Below, in pieces: positions 27,748 through 41,546 of a DNA stretch of 64,000 nucleotides. Under the pieces are notes generated by a model. That model saw only the letters and a list, made by a program, of their open reading frames with translations. It did no database searches and had not been told where the DNA came from. How positions within the stretch are numbered: position 1 is the stretch's first letter; each line of letters begins with the position of its first letter. Source of the stretch: Octopus vulgaris. Taxonomy: Eukaryota. The DNA is taken from contig OX597832.1 of the NCBI GenBank assembly GCA_951406725.2, positions 7,502,001-7,566,000 of the forward strand, written 5' to 3'. The translations under genes and the position numbers were made by a program.

Positions 27748-28835
27748 ATTTTTCCTTGTGTAGTTGTATTGTACTCTGTTTTTTCGTTGTTAAAGGACTG
27801 GTCCGTTCCATGCTGTTTTTACGTTTTCGTTTCTCGTTGAGTTCTACGTCTATTTGTGGTGTCCTGTACACACGTATATATATATATATATATGCATGTA
27901 TATATACATGTAGATGTAGGTACGTACATATATGTTTGCATGTATGCATATATTTTATTTATTACACTATTGTATAACTGAGCGCCTTCGCGTCGATTCG
28001 ATTCGTTTGGTTTCGTTTCGTTTCTTCTTCTTCTATAAGCTGGTTTTTATATATACATATATATACATATATATAACAGTGCCTAGTAAGTCAGAGAAAC
28101 ACGTTAGACGATATACTTCGGTACCTTGCGTTCTTATTTCAAATACCACTTAGGCGTCAATGGACAGAATTCATCATTCGACTACGGGAGATCACTGTCC
28201 AATTCACAATTAACGAAAGTGGACAGAAGAACTAGAAGGCTGAGATAAAACCATAACAGCTTGCTAAAACTTTCACTCAGCAGTGAATTGATAACGGCTG
28301 GATAAAGAGAGAGAGAGAGAGTTAGATAGACAGACAGATAGATAGATAGATAGATAGAGGGAGAGAGAGAGAAAGAGAGAGAGTTAGATAGATAGACAGA
28401 TAGATAAAGGGAGAGATAATTTTAAAATATGGGATCATCATGACGAGAGTGTCTGGGATAAGTCTGCTCTATCGAAGCTGACTCTGGGCTAAATAACAAC
28501 AACAACAACAACAAAGATGGCAACAACAACTACGACAACAACAACATCTACAATATAAAACTTTTCAACTACTCTCTCAGGTATTTCCCATTGATAAAAG
28601 CTTGGTAGCTAGAAACATCAACGACTTGGAATACTAACAAATGGCGACACTGAACAGATAGTGTGTTTCTACACCTTTTTACCATAATAGAAAATTTTCT
28701 CTTCGGTAACTGCAGTAGATTAGCGTTTTAGCAATTGAAATATGTCACAGACATATTTTAACTAACTTAAACTTTGGCACTAATATTTCGGTAAGATATA
28801 TATATATATATATACAGAACCCCACCATTTACTGA

Positions 28836-28904
<69 letters not shown>

Positions 28905-28909
<5 letters not shown>

Positions 28910-29095
28910 GAGAATTCACAAAAAAACCCCCCAAAAGACGAAGACAGGTGGTGTAGACAACAAACAGATGTATTAGTTTAGCGCTCGGGAAGTGAAAAAA
29001 GTCTTTAATGTTTCGAATCTATGCTCTTCCACAGAAAGGAACACAGAAAGAAACAAGGAGAGAAAGTAAAGAATGTTTAGTGGCTAGGGACCTAT
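28905..29095 (-). mobile_element. Short HHR-bearing element, family CTGTNGA (copy 3, diverged); HHR at 29003-29038
   Basis: Minus strand CTTT-CTGTGGA-A-GAGC(atag)ATTC-GAAA-CATT-AAAG; abuts (TA)n. Confidence 0.7.
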
Positions 29096-30337
29096 CATAC
29101 ATGTATGTATGTATGTATGTATGTATGTATGTATGTATGTATGTATGTATGCACACCGCGACTTACGTTGGTGGACAGACTTAATCCATCACCCGTTTGA
29201 ACAACCCCACTATTAGCGCCGTGTACCTATACTGTAATTCTAGTATATTTTTAGTATTCGGGTGGCCGTCTCAGAGTAATTCGATATCCCGATGCATTGA
29301 TTTCTATAACAGAAATGCACGTTTCATAGTTTCTTCCTCCTTTTTCCCCTCCACCAACACCATTTCATGCAGGTATTGCAAAAGGTCATGGAATCCACGT
29401 TTCCTCTGCGCACGAAACCATAAAAAAAAAAAAACGAGTGAAAACTCTGAAGCTAACAATGTTTGTAATTCGTTTTGTAAACCGATGCAAACAGAAAGTA
29501 AAACTAAAATAAATATCAATAAAAAAAACACAATAGAATCAAAAATAAGGAACAAAAACAACATAGATGTTTATGTATTTCCTAATCTACTTCCTTACCT
29601 AAATCGCGTGACTCTATCTTACTTTAACTGTTTCTTCGTATCAATCACAATTTGTATTGTTTTTGTTTTTGAGCTGATTTAAAATCTTGCTTAAATAAAA
29701 CCAAACCTAGATTATGTTCATTTAACCTCAGTAACATTTTTTTTATTACATCTTTGAATATCTTTACGTCAATTTACAACTTCCTACAGATTTAAGCGAT
29801 GTTTCACTTTCCCTCACTTTCGGATGATGATAACGATCTTTTGTAAAATTCGTAAAGGTTTCATTTCAATATTAAATTCTATCTAATAAAATCGACGCGT
29901 GCAAAATTAAGGCTGGAGCACTGATGGAAAAGCACGATAAGCCATTATGTATTGGTGGGGGGATTGTCTTTTTCTCAAACTTAATATGAACTCAATATTT
30001 GCTGACAAAAATCTGTTAGCATACTTTTGTTAAATTAAAGTAACAAATAACAATGTTTAATAATTATATTTTCTTTGTGTTTTTCTTCCTTCTAGCAGGA
30101 GTGGGGGCTAATAAGTTCATGAGATTAAGTTTCTGTTCAAATGCGTCACGTGAAAATGAAAATATCGCCTTTATTTTTTTCTTGTATTTCAGCAAACCTA
30201 GAGTATGTGTTTAAAGAAAAACAACATCGATGTTCTAATGTTTTATGAACACGAAGTCTTATGACCCTTACTGTCTTAATTTTGAATGTAGTTGTAGCAG
30301 TACAGGGTACATAAATAAGTAATAAAATAAGTAATGT

Positions 30338-30630
30338 GAAGGCGTACGGCCAATGGGCTAAGGTGCTGTAGTCACGATCGTGAGATCGTGGGTTCGATTC
30401 CCGGACCAGGTGGCGTGTTGTGTTTTTGAGTAAAACACTTCACCTCACGTTTCTCTGCATTCACTTCGATATCTGACGTATGACACACTGTGCAACTGTA
30501 TAGAAACTGTTGATTTAATGGAAGAAGCGAGCAAATGCGCAACACGAACACTTGCTCACTATGAACAAATCATATGTGCAGGTAGTTCTGCAACAAATTG
30601 CAGAATCGTCATTCTCAGAAAAGAGACATT
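30338..30630 (+). mobile_element. tRNA-derived SINE (family C, diverged)
   Basis: B-box GGTTCGATTCCC followed by GTGTTGTGTTTTTGAGTAAAACACTT. Confidence 0.7.
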
Positions 30631-31976
30631 ACTATTAGCAAAATAAGTGATTCAGTAATTTCTTCGAGAAAATTCTTTCTGTTTCTGTCATTCCGCCTAA
30701 TACCAAACCTGCAATAAATATATTTAACAATAAGTTAACTCTTAATGAAAAATGTTGGTGGTGGTTTTTGGTTATTTATTCTTAGAAATCGTCTATTTTT
30801 ATGTGCCAACCAGTGTACAGTCTTGTGCATTTAGTTAGTGATTCTTACATCGCTAATTCGCAGATGAGATTATAAGACCGAAGCATGGTCGACGCTGTAT
30901 CCCAAGTTTATCGAAAAAACTATATAATACTAGTCTCTGACGAATACTGTATTTTTTATACACATTAAATTATTATTTTATGAGACTGGTTAACTTTCTA
31001 ATATTTCTTTAAATATGGTGACACTAACTTCAGTAAAGAATTCAAGGGAGACGATATAATTGACTGAATAAAGTATCTTTTATGCACATTCATAAGTTCA
31101 AATCAGGGTGGCACCACCATACCTAATATAGTGTAGAGAATCTGGTTCATGGTCTTTATGCGGTAAAAGAAAAGTTTTGAGTTCATTTAAACCATTAATC
31201 AACTGATTTCTTCTCTCTATCGTATATGTATTATTAATTACGTTTCCCCCTCACTATATCATTCATAGCAGTACAAACTCGACTGTTATTTTTCGTGCAT
31301 ATGGTGAGTCGTTTAATTTTGCCTGATCACAGTTCAAAGTTAACAAAAGCAGCTTACGTTTTGTCTAGTCTTTTGTGTAAAGTTTCGTTAATTCTATTCA
31401 CCACAATGCACCAAGATGTCCTGAACAGGTAAACAAGTCTCATGAGAATATGATCACAAAGGGTTAATCGTTTATTGAATGGATACACTGCCATTAAGTG
31501 TAAAGACTTATGAAATTAATGAATGCGATCAATAAATAATATTAAGCCAATTTTAAAGAAACGTAGACAAATCAGTAGGAAGAGGGATGTTGGGAGGGAA
31601 GTGTTTAAATATAGTTTGAATATGTGTTGGTAATTTCACTTTCAAGTCGTACACTCTGTACTTTAATTTATAATTACAAGAGTTTTACCATTATGATTCT
31701 GTAAGATATTTACAGAAGGTATTCTTGCTTGATGTGAGGAACGTAGGTTGTCTGCAGGTCATTCCTGTTCACAAAGGGGTATCGAGAAATGCTTAGCGGT
31801 ATTTCATCTGTGTTTACGTTCTGAGTTCAAATTCCGCCGAGGTCGACTTTGCCTTTCGGAGTCGATAAATTAAGTACCATTTGTGTACTGGGGTCTAATC
31901 GAGTGGGTCACTCCCCCTAAATTTCGGATCTTGTGCTTAGAGTAGAAAAGAACACACACACACACATACACACACG

Positions 31977-32016
<40 letters not shown>

Positions 32017-32649
32017 CGCGCGTGTGGATGTATGCGTGTGTTTGTCGCATACCACCACTAGATAACCGGTGTTAGTATGTTTACAGCCCTGAAACTTAGC
32101 GGTTCAGCAAAAATGCCAGACTTTAAAAAAAATTACTACTGGGCTCGATTTGAACTAAATAATGAAAAATGTAGTAAAACGGATTATGAGAAAGATTTGA
32201 AGATAGAACATTCCATTGATAATTACAAATATGACAATATTTTAAATGTAGAAATACTTATAGAATTTTAATTGCTTCATGATTTTTTTATGGCTAACCC
32301 CAGAATTTCGCAAGTGTAAGAATTTATGATGAAACTGCAACAGCAATTATAAAACATAAATCTAGTTGTTATCCTGAATTGTATAACATTTGTAAAATGA
32401 AATCACTTGTGCAAAGCTCCTGTGGTTAGGATAACAGGCAGGGGCTTTTTCAAATATGTATCTGCCGGAATATCAAAAGATGGAAATGGAACGTATATAG
32501 AATAAATGAGAGGAAATAATTGCCAAACTGGCAATTAAATTATTAACAAAAAGACAATTTAAAGAAGAGATTATATCAACAAAAAGTACTCGAAATGAAA
32601 GATAGCTTGAAAAAAAAAAAAAAAAAAAAGAACAGGAATCCTCGTTAAA

Positions 32650-33600
32650 TCGTAAACATTCCGTTATAATGAGCAGAAACTAGGACTCTTTGAAAAAACA
32701 ACAACAAAAAAATCAAAAAAGAGAAGCAGAAGGATTCTGTGAAGATTATGTACGCTAGACCTGAACAATTATGTTATATAACAATAAGTTATATCTATTC
32801 AAGAAAAGACCCAACTGTTTCAAACGGCAGGCACCAGCAACCAAATGGCAGGCATCAGCAAACGATAAAATCCCAAACCACTTGGTTGAAATATTTAAAA
32901 AGTACACATAATGTGTGAGCAAAGATATTGGATGAGCAAAGATATTGGATAACATACAAAAAGATCCCCAAGCAAATTATAACAGGCTCTGTGAGGAGGA
33001 AAATATATTTGCTCAAAACTAACGAAACAGCATATTCTTAGCCCAAAAGATGTATAACCTTTTCCCCCACAGTACAACAACTTAATCAAAATTATATCAA
33101 ATAAGAAAACAATTAGGGAAAAAAAAACTTCTTTCAGAAAAGCCGATGTGATACTTCAATGACATTCACAGTTGTAAAGAACATTATTAACCAGAAGCAA
33201 AGTAACATCAATAATATGTAGATACGTTAAACACATTGTGAGGAAATGTTAAAAAGGATTCGGTAGATATAGAAAAAAAGAATAAAAATATATAAAGCTA
33301 ACACCTATTCCATTTGTAGAAGAATTTTCCAAGACGACATTATTTCCATTGTGGACAAACTCAAAGTGTACGCTGCAAATGAGAAGCAACAAGAAACACT
33401 GCTATAAATAGTGCACGTTTAGTTGAACTTAGGCGCATTTTTTCAGTTGAATTTCGTCTTAATTGAAGAGAGGCATAATTAAAGACAGATGAAAGTAATG
33501 GCAAGTAACAATGTCAGTTAAAATAAAAAAAAAACTTGATGAGAGACTTAGACCAAACAGAAACTTATAAACAGTTTAAAAATAATAAACTTGAAAGAAC
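32650..33600 (+). mobile_element. Decayed reverse-transcriptase fragment
   Basis: ILSPK-YNLF (~33035) and FQDDIISI (~33327) in the order of RT motifs 4 and 5. Confidence 0.45.
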
Positions 33601-33628
33601 TCTTATATATATATACTGTATATATATA

Positions 33629-33673
<45 letters not shown>

Positions 33674-34117
33674 GTATATATATATGTATACATGAATATA
33701 TAATATATATTTATATATACTCTGTATATATATATATATTTATATATACTCTGTATATATATATATATTTATATATACTCTGTATATATATATATATTTA
33801 TATATACTGTGTAAATATACTTTATATATATACTATATATATACACATACAATATATATATACATGACTCAGAGTAATCAGAGTAATGATGTGGATTTGT
33901 TTAAGGCAGACCTCAAGGAAGTGACGCGTACACTTGATTTCATGACTTTCCTCTGTGTCACGTATAGAATGAGACATGCAGGATTTAATTATGAAAAGAC
34001 AACAGACTGTCGCTCATCCAATTATGATTTTAGATGGTGCTTTTTGTAGCATGTCCATCATTCGAAACCTCATTCAGCCGCTGTTCCAGGAGTTGAGACC
34101 TACATGAATATAAATAT

Positions 34118-35000
34118 TGTTACGCCGCATGCGCGGTCTTCCGAAACCACCTACAACATAACAGTCTGTGTCCGATAGCTCAGAAGACCGCGTAGGCGAC
34201 TGCTCAGCGAACCAATTTGCGTAGAGCGAAAGAAGCAGTAGTCAAAGAAGCCAGAAGGGTTGCAAATGGCAAAGTCTTTGAGTATATCCTCAAAATCTTT
34301 GAGTATATACTCAAAGTCTTTGAGTATATCCAAAAATACAAGAACTTTAATTAAGAGGCCAATAACATTTATGGAATAAATAAGCAGTTTATTTGGAGAG
34401 GTTTTTCATTTACCTATGAAATGTGTAGAGTGCTTTTGGTGAGCTCTTCTTTTATTCACTAGTCTAATGATTTATTTTTTTTATCTTTTATTTTTTTCGA
34501 CATGACTGTTGTTACTTCCGAATGTACATTAGTCCAGTTACCATTCCGAATTCCTTCCGTTGCCAAGTTCCCACTGACTATTTTCGCAGTCAGTTCAAAA
34601 CTGTCCACTGTTCGCATAAACTGTCGAAACCAACTTCATACCCACACCAAATACTGTGTCAACGTTCCATACAAAATTGCTCGGTACCATCGTTCACATC
34701 GACTGCCTCACATCGACTGCATGGCACCGACTACCACATAAAATAGTTCATGTCGACTTTCATCACGTCGCTCGTCGCAGATTGTCTTCCAGCACGAACT
34801 TCGAACCACCTTTTCACATTGGCTTCCAGCGCGAACTAACTCTCTACGAGAGAAAATAGTCTTTATACAGCACTCACACCGTAAAAGCATGCCAAAATCA
34901 TACCGCCTACACTTTAAACAGTCACGTGACTGCAGAGAGCAGTGTTCTAATTCGCGCCGTGCAGATGAGAAATTATCTGAATAGATTTTTTTTCGTAACA
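34118..35000. mobile_element. Probable solo LTR
   Basis: Termini TGTTACG...CGTAACA; flanks ATAT/GTAT (4-bp TSD, one mismatch); internal 21-bp repeat CAAAGTCTTTGAGTATATCCT x3. Confidence 0.65.
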
Positions 35001-35973
35001 GTATGTATAACAGAAACTCGCCGCGCAAAGCAGGAGAAACCTTCAGAGGAAGAACTCCCATGCGACAAACATGTCGGCTCTTATATATGTGCGCGCGCGC
35101 AGGTGCGTGTTTGTGTGTGTAGGTATGCATGTATGTATGTATAAATGTATATACGTATGAATGTATGTCTGCATAGATAAGAATTAATTCTCTTGCTGCC
35201 TCAGTAATAATATATAGTTATAATATTTTCAGCTAGACTCTAAAGGAATCAGAAAGATGAGAATTCATTCACAATTTGACAGAGGAATATTACATTAACC
35301 TTGAAAATAGAACGTAGGAGTATCCTGCAAGTCGAAGACTAAGATAAAATATCCACTGTAGGACTACAGTGGATACTTGGGAAAGAACAAGGAAATAATG
35401 AAACTCAAATATATACGAAACACAAAAAAGAAAACCTTATCTTATTTTCAAGAAAACTAAATACAACAGAAGGTCTAAAGTAACACATACTTGTACAAAG
35501 AAAGGAGAAATAGAAATTATGAAAATGCTGAACCATTAGATCACGCTGGGAAAAATGCCACCGATATGCTAATACCTGAGAAAAACTAAACACAGGGAAA
35601 ATAAATTCTAAAAGTATAGTAGCGCTGGTTAAGAAGTGCAGTGCTCAACTCTAAGACTGACCACTTGAGATACAAAATCAAGGCCCTTATACCAGAGAGT
35701 AAACCGAAATCATGCAATAGATCAAAATGCATTAAGTGACTTCAGGAAATGCAAATGTTGAAAGTAAACAGTTTACAACATTATTTCAGACTCGCCCAAT
35801 CTTAAACATAAGAAAATATATCTAGTGGCATGGCAGAAAACTTGGAGTTTTTAAAGTATGAGCTGTTTTAACTGTGATAAATGAAATTGATAAAATAAAC
35901 TGTATAAAGTTTTGAAAAAAATTATGTGGAGACTCTTATTCTTTAAAGTATTGACGCTATTCTTGATTTGAAA

Positions 35974-37005
35974 TATTGGGTTGACCCAAAAGTTTGTTTG
36001 GTTTTTCAAGCGAAAATAAAACAAATTTTAAATAGAAAGTGATTTATTCAATTAACAATATAATTACCATTTCGTTCCAGTGTCTTCTTGCATCTTGTGA
36101 GCAGATCCATTATTCCATCCTCAAAGTATTTCATGTTTTTAATAGTGAAAGAGTTCTCCGACTGAATTTTTATATACTCTGCAGAGTTGAAGGTCTGTCC
36201 ATTCAATGAATTTTGAAGAGATCGAAACAGGGGGAAATCAGGCGAACATATGATGAAGGGCGACAAAACTTCCCAGCCAAGCCCCAGTAAATTCTGCTGC
36301 ATCTGCAGAACAGTGTGCGGTCTGGCATTGTCGTGATGAAATATTTGCTAATCGTCCTTCCAATCTCACCAAACTGAAAGCAGAATCTTCTTCGAATGAG
36401 GTTCTGCTTTCGAGGTTATTTGTGGTAGTTCGCCGCTCTACCCCTACGATTGTTTGCACTTCATATTATTATAACCGATTCATTTTCGTCCCCTGAACAC
36501 CATTCTCTTCAAAAAAGGATTGTTTTCATGTTTTTTCAACGTATCGCATATGAAAATCTGTTGGGCGAGATTAACCTCATTCAATTGATGTGGGACCCAA
36601 ATATTATCGAGCTTGCTGACGTAACCAAGTTGATGCAGATGGTTTTCAAGGCTCTGTTTGGATATTTAGAGACTACCTGCGACGATCTTGGTATATAATA
36701 AGGATTGGCATCGAATAACTTCGTTATTTTGTCGCTGTTAATTTCAGTTGGTCGGTTACTGCGAAGTGTATCCAGAACCGAAAAAATTCCCGATCGAAAT
36801 CTCCTAAACCTCTTTTGACACACACATTCCATAACAGCATCCTCTCTGAGCGCAACACATATCTTTCTGCTGCGTTCTACCGCCTTCTTGTCATTTTTAA
36901 AACAAAAAAGGATGAGGTGTCGATAATGTTCGTTTTGGTTCCCCATTTCCAGGTTGATCCCAGCACACAAAATACAGCAAGTTTCATCGCAAGTTCACGT
37001 CGAAC
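35974..37005 (-). mobile_element. Decayed mariner transposon
   Basis: MGNQNEHYRHLILFCF...CQKRFRRFRSG HTH region, HHDNARPH and LGWEVL motifs; TIR TATTGGGTTGACCCAAAAG at 35974. Confidence 0.85.
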
Positions 37006-37007
37006 TA

Positions 37008-38163
37008 AGATGTGGTATCGAAAAGTTCCCGGACTAGTACTGTAGCGTGCCAACAGATGACAGCACAAGGTTGCGTGCACAGTGAGAGTTAGCAGTGACC
37101 TTCATGAGGTAGTGAGCCGAGTGACATCGTTGTGTTTGCTTCTCAACTTCTGAAATTCCTATTTATGTGATCATTTGTATGCTGCAATCTGCGATTTTGT
37201 CATGGACAAGAAGTTGGAACAAAGAACCAACATAAAATTTAGCGTTAGACTTGGAACATCTGTTACAGACACGTTGAGCATGCTTCGGTAAGCTTAAGGC
37301 AACGAGACAATGGGTAGTACGTATTGTTTCGAGTGGCACGAGCGCTTCAAAAACGTCCGTGGAAGACGATGAGCGATCTGGAAGACTTGCCACGACCGTC
37401 ATCCCTGGAAATGTGGTACCATGCAGCGAGAATCGCCTCCCGTCAGTTCTACTGCAACGTTTTGAGACGTATGAGGGAGGAAATTCAGCAAAATTCGGTT
37501 CTGTGGAGCGCGAAGGATTGGACTCTTCGCGACGACAATGTACCCACTTGCTGAGCTCTCCTCACTCGTGAGATTCTCGCCCAAAACAACATGGTATCGC
37601 TTCTGCACCCCACCCCATTCGCCAAATTTAGCACCTGAAGACTTCCATAACTTCCTCAAGATGAAAATGTAACTCAAAGGTTGCCATTTTAACACCGTTC
37701 TCGAGATCCAGAGCGAATCGCAGAAGGTTCTCGATTCGCTTACGGAGAACGACTTCTAGGCCGGATTCCAAAAGTGGCAGGAACGCTGGGACCGGTGCAT
37801 TGCTGCGCAAGGTGACTGTCTCGAAGAAGATTATGTTAGAACTTAGGTAAATAAGTAATTTCTTAATTAAACGACTGCGGGGTCACTCCGAAAAGCTCTA
37901 TCTGCGACGATTTCATCTCAATCGAAAGAGGGGCTTTCTCCGTCCGGGTTGCGGATCCGTGGAATAAGCTGCCGGACGAGATAGTGAAGATGCCGACGAC
38001 CACTCGGTTCGAAGTCTCTCTTGACCAGAAATGGCCTGAACTCTTTGCATGAACAGCCTCCCTGTACATAACTCCATGTCCCCCTAGATGGCCTTGCTTC
38101 TTGCTTTTTGAGCCCAAAAATTAACTTAACATAGCTAGTCCGGGAACTTTTTGCTACCATCTC
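37008..38163 (+). mobile_element. Second mariner-family element adjacent to or nested in the 5' end of the first
   Basis: TIRs GATGTGGTATCGAAAAGTTCCCGGACTAG / CTAGTCCGGGAACTTTTTGCTACCATCTC; EQRTNIKF, DDERSGR and HPPHSPNLAPEDF-like motifs. Confidence 0.85.
37872..38132 (+). mobile_element. CR1-like LINE 3' fragment inserted in the mariner
   Basis: RGHSEKLYLRRFHLNR / FSVRVADPWNKLPDEIV...FEVSLD (one frameshift); TTAAC tail. Confidence 0.8.
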
Positions 38164-38740
38164 ATACGTTGAATATCAAGTATCTGATGAATACGCACGT
38201 GGAAAGGACGGACTGAAGGTAGCTGCTTAAAAGCGTACTTGAAGTTTATTGTTGAAGAAAAAAAAAAAACTGAGTCAAATTTTGGCCAATCCAATAATTC
38301 AGCATTCACTGACGTTTTAAAATTTATTAAAAATTCATTTTCTAATTAACCAGTATAATGGTTTCCAATTCACGATGGCCACCGTGATGTTAAGACAATT
38401 AGAAAAAAATTGAATTTTCAATGAAGTTTAGAAATTTTGATTACCGAATTGGCTATTGTTAACAATACATGTTATACAATGGGAAATCAAATAAATGCAA
38501 GTAAAATTATTAGTATTGAAAAAGGTGCAGGAGTGAATTTAGTTAATTCCACGTACATTAGGGAAACAACTCTCTGTCAGGCCTACGTTTGTTATGGGCA
38601 TAAATAAAAGCCAGAATCAAAACGTATCCCAGTGTTCGTATATGGTTTGCTATGTGCTTTTGTGAGTAGGGTTAGGATTTCTTTAAACCTAAAGATATTT
38701 ACTAATCAAACTCAAAACTCACTTTGCTATAACAAGTAAG

Positions 38741-39613
38741 GGATCTTTTCCCTTTGAACGGCAGCTCGAGAAATTAATTTTTTGTAGCTAAATACTTTCA
38801 AACTTCATATACTGGTAGAATGTGCCATATAAAACATATTTTACTCTTAGTGTTGTTGAGAAAAAGTTTGTATTTTCAAAGTTATATCGTGTTAAAGTTG
38901 TCGTATTGCGGTAATTTCAACCAATCAATGACGGGTACTCAGCTGAATAAAATTACTGCCGTTGTTTGTCAACAACTTCCAGCAGTGTATAATTCGTTTG
39001 TCATTGTTATTTATGACATATTTAATCTCAGTTACGTTTGTATGAATAAACGAGTGTATCTAAAGCACGTTTACTTCATGCCACCACCATAATCGTTCGG
39101 GTATTTCTACTGCTTTTAGGTTTTTTCCTGCTTTTCAGCTACTATTTTCGAAAATACTTTTTTGCCTCCCCCCTCCCCTCGAATTTCTTCATTTTTCACT
39201 TTTTTCGTAACTCTAACCCTAAAACCCCAACCCTAACCCTAACCCTAAGACCCCCACCCTACCCTAAGCCTAAAACGCTAATCCTAAAACCCTAACCCTA
39301 ACCCTAAAAACCTAAAACCAGTACAAACGCACTAATGATGTCATAAATACACACGAAAAGTACACCACCGATAGTTGTTGTTGACAAACAACGGCAGCAA
39401 TTTTGTTCAGCTGAGTACATGTCATTGACTGGTTGTAATTGCCGAAATACGACTACTTTAACATGAAATAACTTTGAAAATACAAACTTTTCTCAATAAC
39501 ACTAAGAGTAAAAGATGTTTTATATGACACATTCTACCAGTATACGAAGTTTTAAAAATGTTTAGTTACAAAATATTATTTTCTAAATCTGCCGGTCAAA
39601 AGGTAAAGATCCA
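38741..39613. mobile_element. Non-autonomous DNA element with ~235-bp TIRs and internal telomere-like repeats
   Basis: 38741-38976 is inverted at 39377-39613 (GGATCTTT...AAAGATCC); (AACCCT)n at 39210-39320. Confidence 0.85.
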
Positions 39614-39849
39614 GGTTTTCTAATGAGGATAAATTACCAAAGCATATTGTATATAAAGTATATAGAATTAAAAATAACTTTCGGGTTAATGAAAAGCAAG
39701 CAAATAATATTGTATATAGGAATATAAAAAAGGTAAGAATATACCATTGGCTTTGTTAAGTAATTATGTTATTTCTAATTAGTGTTACACTTTTACTTTT
39801 ATTTTTTTTTCCTGAAAATACGACAATAGTTCCATGAAAAAATATGGCC

Positions 39850-41060
39850 ATATAGTAGTAGTAGTACTGGTAGTAGTAGTAGTAGTAGTAGTACTGGTAG
39901 CAGCAGCAGCAGCAGAGGCGGTAGCAGCAGCAGTAGTAGTAATAGTAGTAACAGTAATAGTAGTGGTAGTGGTAGCAGCAACAGCTGAGGTGGTAGTTGC
40001 AGCAGCAGCAGCAGTAGTAGTAGTAGCAGAGGAGGTAGCAGCAGCAGCAATAGCAATAGTAGTGATGGTAGTATTAGTATTAACATTAATAGTAGTAGCA
40101 TCAGCACTTGCTGTGGGAGCAGTAGTTGTATTATTATATTAGTATTAATAGCAGTCGTATTATTATTAGTATTAATGTTAGTAGTAGTAGTATTAGCAAT
40201 AGCAGTAGCAGCACCAGTAGTAGTAGTGATGCTAATTCTTTCCATTTCAGCACCAAAATAAAAAAAAAAAAATTACAGTATGAAAGAAAATAGAATGACG
40301 AGAGCAATATTTCATACTTTATCCAGTATGCATACATAAGTATGTATGTATGTATGTATGTATGTATGTATGTATGTATGTATGTATGTATGTATGTATG
40401 TATGCATGCATGCATATATGTATGTATGTATGTATGTATATATTTTTGTATGTATGTATGTATGTATGTATGTATGTATGTATGTATGTATGTATGTATG
40501 TATGTATGTATGTTTGTATGTATGTATGTATGTATGTATGTATGTATGTTTGTATGTATGTATGTATGTATGTATGTATGTTTGTATGTATGTATGTATG
40601 TATGTATGTATGTATGTATGTTTGTATGTATGTATGTATGTATGTATGTATGTATGTATGTATGTATGTATGTATGTATGTTTGTATGTATGTATGTATT
40701 TATGTTTGTATTTATGTATGTATGTATGTATGTATGTATGTATGTATGTATGTATGTATATATTTTTGTATGTATGTATGCATGTATGTATGTTTGTATG
40801 TATGCATGTATTTATGTTTGTATGTATGTATGCATGTATATATGTATGTATATGTGCATTCATGTATGTATGTATGTATGTATGTATGTATGTATGTATA
40901 TATGCATGTATGTATGTATGTATGTTTGTATGTATGTATGTTTGTTTGTGTGTATGTAGGTATGTTTGTATGTATGTATGCATGTATGTTTGTATGTATG
41001 TATGTTTGAATGTATGTACGTTTGTATGTATGTATGCATGCATGTATGTATGTATGCATC
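39850..41060. repeat. (GTA)/(GCA)n and long (TATG)n microsatellites
   Basis: Direct reading. Confidence 0.95.
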
Positions 41061-41333
41061 TATCCATACACAAATGTATCTTATGCATACGTTGCATATA
41101 AACATATATAGCATACGTAGATGCGTACAGACATGTATATGTCATTACAAATATATATATATGTATATATGTGTGTATGTGTGTTTATATATATAGATAT
41201 ATTACCGTTTAAAGATCTATCTATCTATCTATCTAAATACAAACGGGCATGTGTGTATATATATATCTATTTATATACACATACATACACACAAACTCAT
41301 ATATATATACATACACACACACGCGCACACACA

Positions 41334-41381
<48 letters not shown>

Positions 41382-41470
41382 CGTTTATTTCAATATACAT
41401 TTATTCATTATTCTTTTTCATCCACTCATTTCAATTTTTCATGTGGATAATATTTCTTATTAAACCTGTT

Positions 41471-41546
<76 letters not shown>

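Noticed and set aside
39210-39320. True telomere or chromosome-fusion site
   Set aside because: Short, degenerate, single orientation and inside a TIR element.
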